DNA of 64,000 bases from Octopus vulgaris (GCA_951406725.2 OX597814.1:101928001-101992000); one strand, 5' to 3'. Numbered from the stretch's first letter, positions 1 through 14,311 are shown. The notes: generated from the letters alone by a model not told the origin. Numbers and translations: made by a program.

Positions 1-470
1 TCAATAAATTAAGTACCAGTTATGCTCTGTTCCTTTGTCTGTCCTTGTTTGTCCCCTCTATGTTTAGCCCCTTGTGGGCAATAAAGAAATAAAAAACTAT
101 ATGGTTATGCATGTCTCATGCATACAGACACACATATGAGTGTGTGTGTATCACGTAAAAAGCACCCAGCACAGTCTATAAAATGGTTGGCATTAGGAAG
201 AGCATTCAGACATAGAAACAAAGCCAAATCAGACTGGAACCTGGCACAGCTCTCTGACTTGCCAGCTCAGATCTATCTGTTCAACCCATGCCAGCATGGA
301 AAATGGATGTTAAAGGATGATGATGATATATATATTTGCAACTACAATATTTTATATTTTATTTCTACTTCCATTCTCTTATTTCCCTCTATATTCCCTA
401 TCTCCTCCTTTTCCATAATAATTCCTTACTTCAAACTCAAATATTTACCTCTGTTTAATCATCTCACATC

Positions 471-518
471 GTCTCTGATGAAGGGATATTCCTAATATCC
501 CAGAAACAGCTGTAAGAC
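471..518 (+). ncRNA. Minimal type I hammerhead ribozyme-like motif
   Basis: gtct CTGATGA a gggatatt-cct-aatatccc a GAAA cagctg TA agac. Contains both core boxes, a perfect 8-bp stem II, palindromic stem III (ACAGCTGT), a GUA triplet and stem I gtct/agac. Confidence 0.7.
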
Positions 519-591
519 TATATCTATATTTTTTTTCCTTATAAATGTCCTGAAAACTCCTCACAGCCTTGGCTTTGTTATCTCATTTTGT

Positions 592-627
<36 letters not shown>

Positions 628-3600
628 GTAAGAGCCAGGAATTGAAGTGTAGGAAGAAAGTTAGCTTCGAACAATTCTGCCCACTATAGAACATATGTAA
701 CCCGGATCTTACATACTCCATTCTGTAACTCTTGTATATACATATATGAATATATATATATGTATGTATGTATGGTGTGTTCATTTGTGCACAAATATTG
801 ACATTCTACAGCATCGCCAAGTAAAACTGATTATGATGTTTCCTTTCCTTGTTGACAGTAAGAGTGGTCAGTTTGTGTTTTCAAAAAACTGTGGAATAAA
901 AATAAAATCCCTAAGTTGAAAAAAAAAATCACATAAGGTCCATCAACAGGAAGAACATTCAGTCATAAAAATCCCTGCCTCAACTATGTCCTCATCCAAA
1001 GTTGCATGCTAACATGCAAAATGGACATTGAGCACACAAATAAATGAAAGTCATGGATAAGTATTTATCTTATGAAACATTTTGATTTATTAAAAAGATT
1101 AGTTATTAACAGTATTGTTTCTTCTGACATAAATAATAATAATATACCTTTCTACTATAGGTGTAAGGCCTGAAATTCTAAGCAGAGGACTAATTGATTG
1201 CATCAACTTCAGTGCTCATTTGATGCATATTTTATTGACCCCAAAATGGTGAAAGGCAAAGTCGACCTTGACAAATTCTGGACTCCAAGGTCGACTTTGC
1301 TTCTCATCCTTTTGGGGTCAATTAATGATGATGTGGATGAAGTACTGTATGAGGTTATGATCAAGGATTACTGATCACATAATGAGTTGAAGCTTTACTG
1401 TAGTTATTATATGGTACTGCAGAGCAAAGCAAGCAGTCCCTCTTAATTGCCTCAGCCTGTTTAGCTGACAAACAGGTTCCACGCTCGTTTTACCTACCTC
1501 TACCGCAATGAAATTTGCCAGACACATGCAAAGCATGGAATTGTAGCTATCAAAACAATGCTTCTCATTTTATTGGATCCAGAGATATAAAAAGCTAAGT
1601 CAATGAAGGCAGAATTTGAATTCAGTACAGGGTGTATGAAACAAGATAACATAAGCAACTTCTTTAGATCTCTACCATTTCTGACCATCTTGAACTAACA
1701 GAGAAGCCTCTAATGTAGTCAACCAACTTGCTAGAAATAGCAGCTAAATGTAATACATATTACAACACTCTTCTATCTATCTGAATAATGTTGTCCTAGC
1801 TATACGATACACAGAGAAAAAAATATATATTGATGGGGATTACAGCTGGAATGCCTTTAATTATTATTGTGTAGTACCAGGGCTGACCTGAGGCTAAACA
1901 GTCACAACAATAACAGCACTACTCATCAAGCTTTATCAAAGTAAAAGAAATGAAAAAAAAAAAAATGAATATTGATTTCTGTCTAAGCTCCACTGAGAAT
2001 TGCATACTACAATGTATTTGTTGATTCTCATAATGCATTAGAAAAAGAAAAAAAAAAAAAAACTAACTAAATAAATAAATCATAAGGATTTCCAACTTTT
2101 GCCAAACCTTTCTTTGGTTTGCCTCTGGAGAAATCTGCCGACTCACAATTTGCTAAGATTGTAATTATCTCAACCACAACAAAGAAAATGAAGAGGAGGA
2201 AAAAAAAATCAAAAAAACAAAAATCTAAAATTGACTCTTGTTTCTTTTTTGTTACCTCATTTATTTGGGAGAGAAAACCTCAAACATTATTCATATTTTA
2301 GTATATCACCGAGTGCAGGCAGATATTTTCTTGTCTGTAATTGCTATAATTACAAGTTACAGTTTGTTAGTTTAGCGGTACAGCAAAACTTCACCATTTA
2401 ATTATTCATTCGTTTCCATTCAAAAACCTCCTGGCTTGCATCTTTTCATCAGTTCCATTAACTACTCACACAAAATATCCTGGTTCCCACTATTCGCCAA
2501 AGATATGGCTAACTGCTCTATAATAATATCATTATGTTATCAGGATTTGCTAGACACATTTCTCCCCTGCTCTCTCTCTCTCTCTCTCCATGCAAGTCAC
2601 ATTGGTAACTACTTGTAGAAAGCCTTTTTCTCTCCCTCTACCCCTATCATAATTTCTTGGAATGTTAAATATTTTACAACTGTTATTATTATGCATTTAT
2701 CCCAAAGCTTATCATCTTACTAACACAGTTACTCAACAACAGTGACAACAGCAATGACAATCTGACATATCATTTACTATTAAAGATACATGCTGTTTGT
2801 TTTGGTTCCACGTGTAATCTTTGATTCAATTCTTTCTGTTCTTTCTTAATCACCACTTTTCATGTGGTATTTCATTCCAAACTTGCTTCAGCTTCTGGCA
2901 ACGAATCAGTTTGTCTCTTAAACATTACACTAAAATTAATCAGTAAACCTTATTGAATGTCATAAATACATAATATCTCCTACATGTCTGCTCAAAAGGT
3001 TTCTTCCTCTGCAGTGTTTTAAAAACAGATGTCTTCTCTATCACTAACCGCTTAATTGTAAAATCATCAGTGTAATTTTTTTATTCTTTTTTTTTAATAA
3101 TTTTTGTTTTCTTAGTGAATAAAACAATAGATTACCAGCTGGCTCAGAGTACATGGCATCATATCTTATTATTGGAGTGGTGTGGTGTGTTATTTAAGCA
3201 AAATTTTATCTCTCTAGAATAGACACAAAATGTTTATTGTGATGGCGATTATGATAATCTTAATGTGAATGATGATTGTAAGAGAGGGTTGAAAGCATGT
3301 AGCCTGGTGGTTAGGATGTTGGGCTCACAATCATAATGTGACAGATTCAGTTTCTGGATCCAGTAGTGTATTGTATCCTTGAAAAATACACTTCCTTTGA
3401 TGTTATTCCATTCTGTTGAACTGAAGTTTAATACCAGCTTTGTGCTAGTGCAGCTCTTTCTCCTCCAGCTGTCACATTTCTTATGTTCCACTGGATCAAA
3501 GTGGGGGAAAGCTGAGACAGTGTCTGGGTCTGCCAACAACTGCATAGATACCCAAAACAATAAGCAAAAGCCTGTCTGTGATGGCTACAGTTTAATTGTC

Positions 3601-4654
3601 AAATAAAATGATGCTTGTATGTATCCAGTAGAATAACAGAAAGCCAGCCATGGTAGAATGTAAACTCAATGGTTTAGGAGGGAAACAAAGCATTGTAAGA
3701 CATTTAGTTTGCCTATCATTTAAGGACACTGAAAGATACTCTAATCACCTGACAGGCTAGAAATAGCAACCACTTTTCCCTCATGTCGTCACCTTACAAA
3801 CTCTATAACAAAAACAAAAAAAAACACAAAGATGACAGAGCACATTGGATAGTGTAGTATTAAATGCACCGCAATTGAAAAACTGATAAGATGGTCATAA
3901 GTGATCATGTCTACTTGATCAGAACTGACTCCAGGCTAGTCATTGGCCACAATAACAGCTGATGAGATTGATAATAAAAACCATGAGGAAATTTTCTCAA
4001 CAAACCATTTTTTCTCAGCTTAATAACCCTGTTACCTTCATTTCAGTCATCATTACCTGCAGTTTATTCCAAAATAGGAAAATTTACCTCAGATTTCATC
4101 TGACCTGTGAAAGCATAGAAAAGTGAACATTGCTGTAGTTAATTATTAGGTTGTTGCACTCCCGATCCAGTGATCATGATTTCAGTTCCTAGACAGGGTG
4201 GTGTGTTGTATTCTTAAGCAAAACATTTCATCTCACATTGTTTTGTGATCACTTTCACACACCTGAAGTGTTGTACACTGTGTACCTGTTCAGACAATAT
4301 CGATTTGATGGAGATGGTGAGCTAATGTGCAGCACAAACATTTGATCACTATAAACAAATCTTTTGTGCAGGTCATTTGACAAAGGTTGAATACTCATAC
4401 GTTATCTTTGACGGGAGAGACCATCATTACTATCATTAAGGTAGCAAACTGGTAGAATCATTAGCATGCTGGACAAAATGCTTAGTGGCATTTTGTCCGT
4501 CCTTACATTCTGAGTTCAAGTTCTGCTGGGGTCGACTTTGTCTTTCATCCTTTCAGAATTGATGAAATAAGTCCCAGTTATGCACTGGGGTCAACATAAT
4601 CAACCAACCCCCTTCCGTTAAAATTTCAGGCCTTGTACCTATAGTAGAAAGCAT

Positions 4655-4930
4655 TATTACCTCTGTCTTAGCGAAGGCAGTGGTATTGCTTTCAGTCATG
4701 TTTGTTTGTTTGTCCTTGGACAAGGTATTTCAAGAACCACTGGATGGATTTGGATGAAACTTTCAATGGCACAAACTGATTAGGATTCTGGATTATTTTT
4801 TCTGTTTTATTACCTAATTTTTGAAAGCAGTCGGGTTCATTTTCAGTATTCCCGTTTGTGAGAGCAGTCAAGTCTATTTCAGATATTCTCATTTTAAAAA
4901 TCATCTCCGGCTAATCATTGAGAGGACATT
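4655..4930 (+). mobile_element. Truncated copy of the Helentron/DINE-like element
   Basis: Collinear with 27935-28260 (ttattacctc...gtttgtttgtttgtc...ggctaatcattgagaggac). Confidence 0.55.
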
Positions 4931-6779
4931 GCTGCTTCCCCAAAATTGCTGGCCTTGTGCCGAAATTTGAAATCATCATTATTATTATGATGACAATGAT
5001 GATGATTACAGTAAAAAAATATCTTCCATATAGTTTTCTGATTTTTTTTCTTCCATAAATGGAACCCTAACATAACCATGAATCATAGCATTGTTAGATC
5101 TATACATCTTTGCATCTACATTGTGTTACAATTGACTCTACATAGTCTGTGGCAGTCACAGTTACTGAGATCACAAAATTGAGTTGATAATTGACAGTTC
5201 TATGTATATAATACATCATTACCTTGTAAATCTTGATACAACTTTCTCTGACCACATATGACAATGAGATTTGGTTACATGTATTCTCCCGGTATGACAC
5301 CAGTTCTATATGGAGCCTCAACTTATAATCTCCTTTTTGTGCAGGTTCACCCATTACAAAAACTAATTGCTCCCTAACTCATGACATTTTCCATGATGTT
5401 TGTATTTTATAAAACTGTAATTTATCCATCTCAGCATTTTCTCTGCCTCATTTATTGGATTAGCACTCAAACGTCACAGTGTTAACCCATATTTACTGTA
5501 CAACTGGTTTTCTTTTGCTATTCAGCTTCCATTGCCCAAATTAGAAAAAAAATAGTTGAAAGGGAGATTGCTATTTTTGAAACGATTGTTCTATTTTGAG
5601 GGTAGGGAAAAAAGAGGATAATCAGTAAACATCTATTTAATATATTTGAAAAATTTGAAAATCTGTATGACCTTTTTTTCTTTGTACCTGAATACAATAT
5701 AGTCCATAATGTGCCATGCAAATTATTCTATGGAACTTGTACAAGTTTTAAACGGGCAATCACCAAGGGAGGCAATTCATGTTCATGTTACGTGCTACAA
5801 ATGAGCTAGATGAGAGTATCTAATACAGTGACTCATGGTTTGCAGTTCAGATCTTAACGATGGCCAATTCTGTCCTTTCTTCGAGTAGATGGGTAAAATA
5901 GATGCTTATGATATATTGTGATCCATGCAAATGATCAAACTACTTTGCTTTACAAAAACTGGTTTGGAGCTTTACAAAAAAAAAAATTATTATCATTATT
6001 TTTATGTCTCTTATGCATGATAGGAATTATTTTACTGCAAACCAATTTTGATTCCCAGATGTAGCTATATCTCTTCATTTATCATTTGGAAAAGCATGAA
6101 TTTCCAAACTTCAGACTTATAATTTTGTGTTGTATACAAGAAATCAGTGTTTTATGTACATTCATATAGTTATACTATTCTATTGTAGAATAACCCATGT
6201 TGTATAATACTAATAAAGATTATTGTGAACATTTAAATTTTATTCAAAATTTCATTATATTCCATATCTAAATTAAATTTCATTTTCTTTCATATTGCAA
6301 TTTGGCTATACCAGTTTGTGAGTATTACTATTTTTGTTTCATTTTTTTTTTCCATAATCTGCACTAGTTTTTATTTTTCCACTGTTCAGTATTACTAAAT
6401 CTGTCTAAAATATATATTTTTTTTTTAATAACCATAAAGAATAAAAGAATGCAAGTAATGTGGTATTATACTGCAGAATATAACATTGGTATTTGTCTAT
6501 TGTACAGCTTTAGTACAGTTTCTGTGAAGCCAGTGATGTCCCATTCCTCTCTGACACCCACCAGAGAGAACTTGTTGTCATCCTTGATATAAAGCTTGAT
6601 ATGTTGTCATCCTTCATATAAAGCATTTTTCTGTGTCAAGTACCTGAAATGCTATCTTCACTCATCTCTTGGACTAGACACTAAGTAGCAGATCACACTA
6701 TTGATGTGTGTGAAGATAGAGCTCTTTTCCTCCCTCCTTCATTCTGTCAATTTTGTGTTTCTGTTTATGTATATATTCT

Positions 6780-7420
6780 GGAATACCCCATGATTCAGTT
6801 TTGTTCCCCAACTTTCTGGTTTTTTATGCACCAATGACTTACTTGTACACAACAAAACGCACACACAGATAACACTCTTTATTTCTTGCCTAATATTCTC
6901 CAGCCATGCATCAACCACTCGCAACCTACAACCAGATGTCAAATCTGCACTGATTCAGCACAGAGATCTCAAAGCCTCCCCCATTGGAGATATGTTAATT
7001 GTGTCTCTTTCAATTGCAAGACAACAAACACTGCTCATATCAAGAAAGCATCATTGCACTACACTCCCACACGTCTTAATCCTGAGCGGTACTCAGCCCT
7101 CAAAACTATTCTTATTACTAGCATCACTAAGAATCTCTCTTGGCAAAAACACATCCCTTGCATAGCTGGGATTGCATCCCAACAACTGGCCTTTCTCTTC
7201 AGAACCAGATGATATTTCTGCCTCCAACAATTAGTGACACTCTACAAAGCTTAGGGGAGACCCACGACAGATTATTTCTCTCACACCTGGGATGGTGCTG
7301 CTGCACACACACACACACACACACACTAGACTGCATCCAGGAAAGGTCACTTGGCAACCTCCAACCACTGACCCACAGGTGATATACCTCTTCTCTCTGC
7401 CTTTTTGTAGTGGCAGCAAT
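6780..7420 (+). mobile_element. Decayed CR1/L2-group LINE RT fragment
   Basis: NLSWQKHI..IASQQLAFLFRTR followed by LYKA..RP...YFSHTWDG-like sequence. Similar, more decayed segments lie at about 49700-50360 (+) and 52120-52900 (-). Confidence 0.6.
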
Positions 7421-8065
7421 GGTCTCACCTCACTGCTTTGTGAGTGATTTGGGAAAAGAAAGAACCAGGAGTCAACCTTGAGAGCAAATCAGATAGTGGA
7501 GTCACTCAGGCAGTCCAGTACCCACATTGACACCTTTATGGCAACTCCTGGGTAGGTGGAGCTCTCCAGCCCTGTCATGCAAATCAGCTAGAAGGCCACT
7601 CCAAGTTAAGAGTTACACCTTGCTGGACACTGCAGCTGTCTTAGTCTACTGAGCCACTGTGGTCAGACATCTACCCACTGAGCCACTATGGTCAGACCTC
7701 TATCTACTGATCCATTATGGTCACAATTCCAAGCATAACAAGTGGAATTGAATTGCATGGACTGACTCTCACTTTAAAACTACTAAGCACAGGCAGGAGA
7801 AACAGCCCTGATGTTTCAAGGATCAGTTTACATAGCCACTTGAGGGTGTGCCACTCTTCCTCGTGATCTTCAGACGCAAAGAAACTGCAATTGCAGGAAG
7901 AATAAAGTGACTTATGTGGGATTTGAACTGAGGATAGAATAAATACCACAAAGTATATTTGGCTGATATTCTAATGATTTTGTGAGCTTACCAATATATA
8001 TCTATGTGCATGCATCTGTGTAGGTTTTCATACATACTTTCACATTTTATGTTTGTGTATACATA

Positions 8066-8345
8066 AAATAATGTGTATGTGCATAACATATATATATATA
8101 TATATGTATGTTTGTATGTATGCATATATATATGTGTGTTATGTGTATATATATATATATATGTATGTTTGTATGTATGCATATATATATATATGTGTTA
8201 TGTGTATATATATATATATGTATGTTTGTATGTATGCATATATATATATATGTGTTATGTGTATATATATATATATATGTATGTTTGTATGTATGCATAT
8301 ATATATATGTGTTATGTGTATATATATGTATGTTTGTGCATGCGT
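8066..8345. repeat. Higher-order compound microsatellite, unit about 58-60 bp
   Basis: tatgtttgtatgtatgc(at)n gtgttatgtg(ta)n recurs 4-5 times. Confidence 0.8.
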
Positions 8346-9956
8346 ATGTATGTATATATGTATGTATATATATATATATATATATACATACACACAGACA
8401 TATGCATACATACATACATACACACATGAATAAACATTCATTAATTCAGATATATGTATTTATGTCTTTTTTTTTTTTCTCTTTCTTTCATGTCATCCAC
8501 CATATTGTGACATTTGATTTTGTTCGTTTTCTCTATCATAGGCCGTAAGTATTTCGGGGTTTTTTTTTTCTTGTAATGTGTATGTTTTTTTTTATATATG
8601 TTGCTTCCTTTTTACTGCTTCTGTTATCTATGAAGATAAGTGTCTATGTTTCACTTAACTATCTTTCAGATGTTTTTGATTTAAAAACATCATTGCATGA
8701 AAATATTTCATTCTCAACTGAATTAAAAGCATTCTGTTATTCGTTAGAACGTATCAATAAATAAATGTGTGTATTGTGCATGTGTGTGTGTGTGTGTATG
8801 TATATATATATATATATTGCATGTGAGTGCATCTATATATGTATACATATATTGTATCTGTGTATGTGTATATATATTATATACATGTGTGTGTATGTAT
8901 ATATATACATATGTTATGTGTATGTGTATATATATATTATATTATATATGTGTATGTATATATTAGTATGTATATATATATTTCTATATTACATATGTGT
9001 ATGTATAATCTTTTACTTGTTTCAGTCATTTGACTGTGGCCATGCTAGAGCACCACCTTTAGTCGAGCAAGTCGACACCAGGACTTGTTCTTTGTAAGCC
9101 TAGTACTTATTCAGTCGGTCTCTTTTGCTGAACCGCTAAGTTACGGGGATGTAAACACACCAGCATCAGTTGTCATGCAATGTTTGGGGACAAACACAGA
9201 CATACAAACACATACACACACACACACACATATATATACACATATATATGACGGGCTTCTTTCAGTTTCCGTCTACCAAATCCACTCACAAGGCTTTGGT
9301 CGGCCCGAAGCCATAGCAAAAGACACATGCTCAAGGTGCCACACAGTGGGACAGTACCCAGAACCATGTGGTATATATATTTATATATTATATTTGTGTA
9401 TATCTTGTTTATATACATTCGTGCAATTTGTTTTTGTTTATTCTTATTTTGTTCATGTGTTTACACCCACTTATTATTATTATTATTATCATTATTATTA
9501 TTATTATTACGTATGCTTGTATGTATGTATGTATAACAACAATACTAGTGATAAAAAAAAACAGAAAATACAAATATTGCAGGCATTTCCACACACACAC
9601 TAACTAAACATAGACGTACATAGAGATATACGCATGCACAAATGAAGACACATACAATACAAATACAAAATGGCTGACGGTTAGTAAGAAGAGACACACA
9701 AATAAGAAAGAAGAAAGCAAAGGACCACTGATGCGGTCACAGGAGTGTGATGAAAGATCTCTGGCTGAAATAAGATTAAGATTAATGTAATAAATAAATA
9801 ACACTGAAGCAAAGTAACACCAAATATATAGTGCGTGTGTTTTTATTGGCTAAACTGGCAAAATGACCATTCCGAAATACAACAATATCTGTTTCAACAC
9901 ACGATTTCACATAAAAAATCTTGCACAACAAATATATAAATGTATATATACTATTA

Positions 9957-9994
<38 letters not shown>

Positions 9995-11947
9995 ATTATT
10001 ATATATGTGTGTGTGTGAAGATGCACAGCTTAGTGGTTTGGGTACTTGGTTCACAATTGTAAGGTCATGAGTCCAGTATCCAGTGGTGCATTGTATCCTG
10101 AAGCAAGACACTTTATTTCACTTTTTCCTGTCCACTCGCCTGGCAAAAGTGAGTAGTGCTTATATTTCAGAGGGCCAGCCTTGTCACATTCTGTGTTATG
10201 TTAAATCTCCCCGAAAACTAAATTAGGAGTGTCTGTGGAGTGCTCAGCTGTTTGAATGTTCATTTCATGAGCAGGCTGTTCCATTGATTGGATCAACTGG
10301 AATGCTCATCATTGTAACTGATGTAGTACCACATATAAAGTACTGGTGCCTCATAATAAGCACCCAGTACACTCTGTAAAGTGTTGGTGTTAGGATGAGT
10401 ATCTGGTCATAGAAACCAGTTCCTGTCAAACCGTCCAACCCATACCAGCATGTGAAACAGACATTAAATGATGATGAGGATACACACACATACACACACA
10501 CACCTGTGTACACACATACATACATGTCAACTCATATATACAAACACATATATGTGGCTCATTTGATGGCCTCTAGTTGTAGTGATGTCCAAACTGACTG
10601 ATGTTATAAAATGGTCTTGTCTATGAATAGAGTCATTTTCACATTTTTATAAATGCAAACAAAGATAAAGGAGAAACATAAATTAAACTCTGGGGAAAAT
10701 AATTTACAATTACAATGTTACCTTATTCCTATTGATTGGGTTTTTTTCTTGCCATGTTCCAAACAAAATGAAAAGATTAAGATGTTGAGCAATTAACCAC
10801 ATCCTTGTCAGTTCAAACCTTATTACATCTTGCATGTTCTACCTTCAGTTAAGTTACTTATTTCAGTTTACTTATCTCAGACATCATCATCACCATTTAA
10901 CGTCCGTTCTCCGTGCTAGCATGGGTTGGATGGTTCAACCGGGGATCTGGGAAGCCAGAAGGCTGCACCAGGCTCTAGTCTGATCTGGCAGTGTTTCTAC
11001 AGCTGGATGCCCTTCCTAATGCCAACCACTCCGTGAGTGTAGTGGGTGCTTTTTACATGCCACCGGCCACGATCGGATTGGTGCTTAGGTTAATTCCTCT
11101 CATACTTTTCAATAGAGTGTTTAGTAACCATTTGGCTATAAAAATAAAATCTTTAATGAAAGGTTAGCTTTGAATGGAATAATAAAACAATAAATGAAAT
11201 CCTATTGCTTTTTAGCCTACAGTCAATAAATATCCTTCATATAAATATTCTCCAATAAAATTCTTTCTTTGCTGTTTTTTTTTCTTTATTTGACTTACTG
11301 CTGCTTTCTGTCCCCTCTTTTAGTTTTTCCTAGCAACTTGTAATGCCATGTGCTACTGAGCACTGTATACCATAGACCTATTATTTAAGTCACTGTGGTT
11401 GACTTTGCATTTCATCCTTATAGGGTTGAAGTAGAAATATCATTATAGCAAATATTCTGCTCAATATCACATATTTACTTGCCATTTGCTTGACCTTAAC
11501 CACTCAAGCATGTCCCTTAGTGGCTGACAATATGGGCATCTCTGAGCGGGAATAGTTGGGGAGCACTGGGGTCTATGTAAATGACTTACCCCACTCTCTC
11601 AAAAATGCTGGCCTTATGTGCAAGCTTGAGACTATTATTATTAAGGCAGTGAGCTGGTAGAATCATTAACATGTTTTTCCAGCTCTTTATGTTCTGAGTT
11701 CAAATGCTGCCAAAGCTGACTTTGCCTTTCATCTTTTCAGGATTGATAAAAGTAGTACCAGTTGAACACTGGTGTTGATGGAATCGACATTTCCTTTCCT
11801 TGTGCATTTGCTTGCCTTGTGCTAAAATTTGAATCCATTGTTATTAAGGCATCAACCTGACAGAATTGTATCTGTACTGGACAAATACTTAGTGGCATTT
11901 CTTCCATCTGCATGTTCTCAGTCCAAATTCTGCCAACCCTGACTTAA

Positions 11948-12180
11948 GGTGGCGAGCTGGCAGAAACGTTAGCACGCCAAGCGAAATGCTTAGCGGTATT
12001 TCATCTGCCACTACGTTCTGAGTTCAAATTCCGCCGAGGTCAACTTTACCTTTCATCCTTTCGAGGTCGATTAAATAAGTACCAGTTACGCACTGGGGGT
12101 CAATATAATCGACTTAATCCGTTTGTCTGTCATTGTTTGTCCCCTCTGTCTGTAGCCCCTTGTGGGCAGTAAAGAAATAA
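11948..12180 (+). mobile_element. tRNA-derived SINE family A, well-preserved copy
   Basis: ggcgagctggcagaaacgttag (A box-like), gagttcaaattcc (B box), then ggtcaactttacctttcatcctttc...agccccttgtgggcagtaaagaaata. Other copies at about 1-90, 4440-4650, 11645-11830, 12390-12590 and 20668-21090. Confidence 0.85.
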
Positions 12181-12322
12181 AACATTGACTTAACTGTTAA
12201 TCCTTTTGGGTAGGTAAAACAAGTACCAGTTATGCACTGGGGTCGATGTAATCGACTCATCCTCTCCCCCAAAATTGCTACCCTTCTGACAAAATTTGAA
12301 ACCCTTATTATTATTATTATTA

Positions 12323-12371
<49 letters not shown>

Positions 12372-12679
12372 CATCATCATCATCATCGAGGCAGCAAGCT
12401 GGCAGAATCATTAGTATGCTGGGTGGAATGCTTAGAGTTATTTCATCTAAGTTCTGAGTTCAAATTCCACTCAGGTCAAGTTTGCCTTTCATCCTTTCAG
12501 GGTTGATAAATTAAGTACCAGTCGAGCACTATAGTTAATGTAATTGACTAACACCTCCACCATTATCTCAGGCCTTGTACATATAGTAGAAAATATTATT
12601 ATTATTATTATTATTAATATTAGCTTAGCTTCATTATATTTCTACTGCTTTAATTAAATTTCTTTATTTCCTTCCACAG

Positions 12680-12752
12680 GGCTTCACTCCTCTTCATCTT
12701 GCGTCAATACAATGTCATGATGATGTCATTGAACTGCTAATTCAAACATACA
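12680..12752 (+). CDS. SOWAH: SOWAH-like ankyrin repeat protein, internal exon (GFTPLHLASIQCHDDVIELLIQTY)
   Basis: Polypyrimidine tract with cag acceptor and gtaagc donor. Classic ankyrin GxTPLHLA motif. Phase 0 to 1. With the next exon it resembles the SOWAH-family motif GYTALHLAA..GH..V..LLV..Y.A....RDYSGKK..QYL (recognised from memory). Upstream exons were not found in the window. Confidence 0.88.
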
Positions 12753-12859
12753 GTAAGCAGCAGTCTGTTTTTCTTTCATATATATATATATATATATAAT
12801 AAAGAGTATGGAGAGCCGTACATCCACAAAATTTGTTTTAAAAAAATAATAATAATGAA

Positions 12860-13415
12860 ATTATTGTGTACAGTGCTGAGGTGCACTACAACTCATCAAA
12901 GGTGGATGTGCCGTACATAGAATTATATACAAAAGTCAGGAAAGTGAACAGTGTAAGAGTCATGTTATACATGCGTGCATGCATATTGAGGGAGAGATAT
13001 CAGGTATAGCATTGGTGAATTTCATGAAGCATGAAGGTTTTAAAGGATACAATGTCTCGGCAACTAATAACTGATGTAGGTAGTTTGTTCCATGCCTCAG
13101 CAACTCTGAGCATGAAAAAAATGTTTCCAAAAGTCATGGGAGCTGTGCTGTTTTCTGATTTGTAGGCATGCACATGGAGCTATAAAAAAAAAGGTGTTCA
13201 AGGTGATTGTTGGTGCAATGGTTAATAATTCTGTGGGTGTTTACTAAGTCAGTTGTCAGATCTTCAGTATATCTATGCCCAGAGAAGCAAGGCATTCAGA
13301 ATATGGTAGATTCCTGATGGAGAGTATTCGCTTGGTTGTATGTCTCTGAACAGTTTCCAGGAGGTCAATGTCCTGAGCAAGATAGGGGTTCCAGACTGGT
13401 GATTCAAATTCCACT
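12860..13415 (-). mobile_element. CR1-like LINE 3' fragment
   Basis: Minus strand reads EFESPVWNPYLAQDIDLLETVQRHTTKRILSIRNLPYSECLASLGID, a typical CR1 RT C-terminal motif. Confidence 0.75.
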
Positions 13416-14311
13416 CATGTTTCCGCTACTGTGACTACTCACTATTGCAGATGGTTAGCTGTTAACTGGAACTTAACCAAGAGCTAATACAGTATCCACC
13501 TGGATAATATATTCCTCCAAACTAACTTATATATATAGTCCATTTTTCTCTCACTTTTTATCTTCTAGTCAGGCAGAAAGGCAGTACATATACCTATAAT
13601 TTCTTTACAGAGAGGAAAGGAGAATGTTTTCTCAAACCTGAGACCTATCCTGAATATTTGCATCAGAGTTCTCTTTCAGTGCATGACACTCAGGGCTGCT
13701 GTCTTCTACTATAGCTTCAGAGAGACAAATGTTTTGTGGGTAGTATTGATAGATGGAAACTACATGGGATCCTGTTGTATGCATGTGCACAAATATTGAC
13801 ATTTCACAGCTTTTCCTATCATATCCCTGAATGAAACAGGAAGCAATAATATGGTGTTTACATTCTCTGTTGATTCTCTATCCCATCACTCTTTGCTTTT
13901 CAAAACAACTAATGTAAAAAGAATGCCATACATAAAAAAAGGGTTTTACTAGAAAGCCACCCATCTATATAATACTGCCCCCACGTAAGTCTGCACCTAA
14001 CTTGTGCTAGCATAGAAAAATGGACACAAAACAAATGAGAGATAGCTTATAAGGAATATATTGGAAATAGACTATGAAATTTTCCATGCATTCAACATAT
14101 TTGAAGAAATAAATTATCATCTTTAAGCTTCTAAAATATCGTTTGAAATGCTCCAATTATTATAAATTACTCTTTTAATAGCTTATAACGTTAAAATCTT
14201 CCAAAGTGTACAAACCTCTTTAAAATTCTTTTTTTACCTTCATTTCTCTCTCTTTCTCCTTCTCTCACCCTCTAGCTTCTCTCATTTCTTACATTTTCTA
14301 TTTCTTCACAG

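Noticed and set aside
627-713. 87-bp segment with 11/13 terminal inverted match (tgtaagagccagg / cccggatcttaca)
   Set aside because: Too short and single-copy in the window to call a MITE.
7988-9607. Many overlapping ORFs rich in Y/I/C/V/M/H/T, also at 21595-22376, 31001-31388 and 33285-33841
   Set aside because: These are translations of (TA)n/(TG)n/(CA)n microsatellites, which lack stop codons. They are not genes.
11948-12040. tRNA-like A and B boxes in SINE heads
   Set aside because: No cloverleaf can be formed. These are SINE internal promoters, not tRNA genes.
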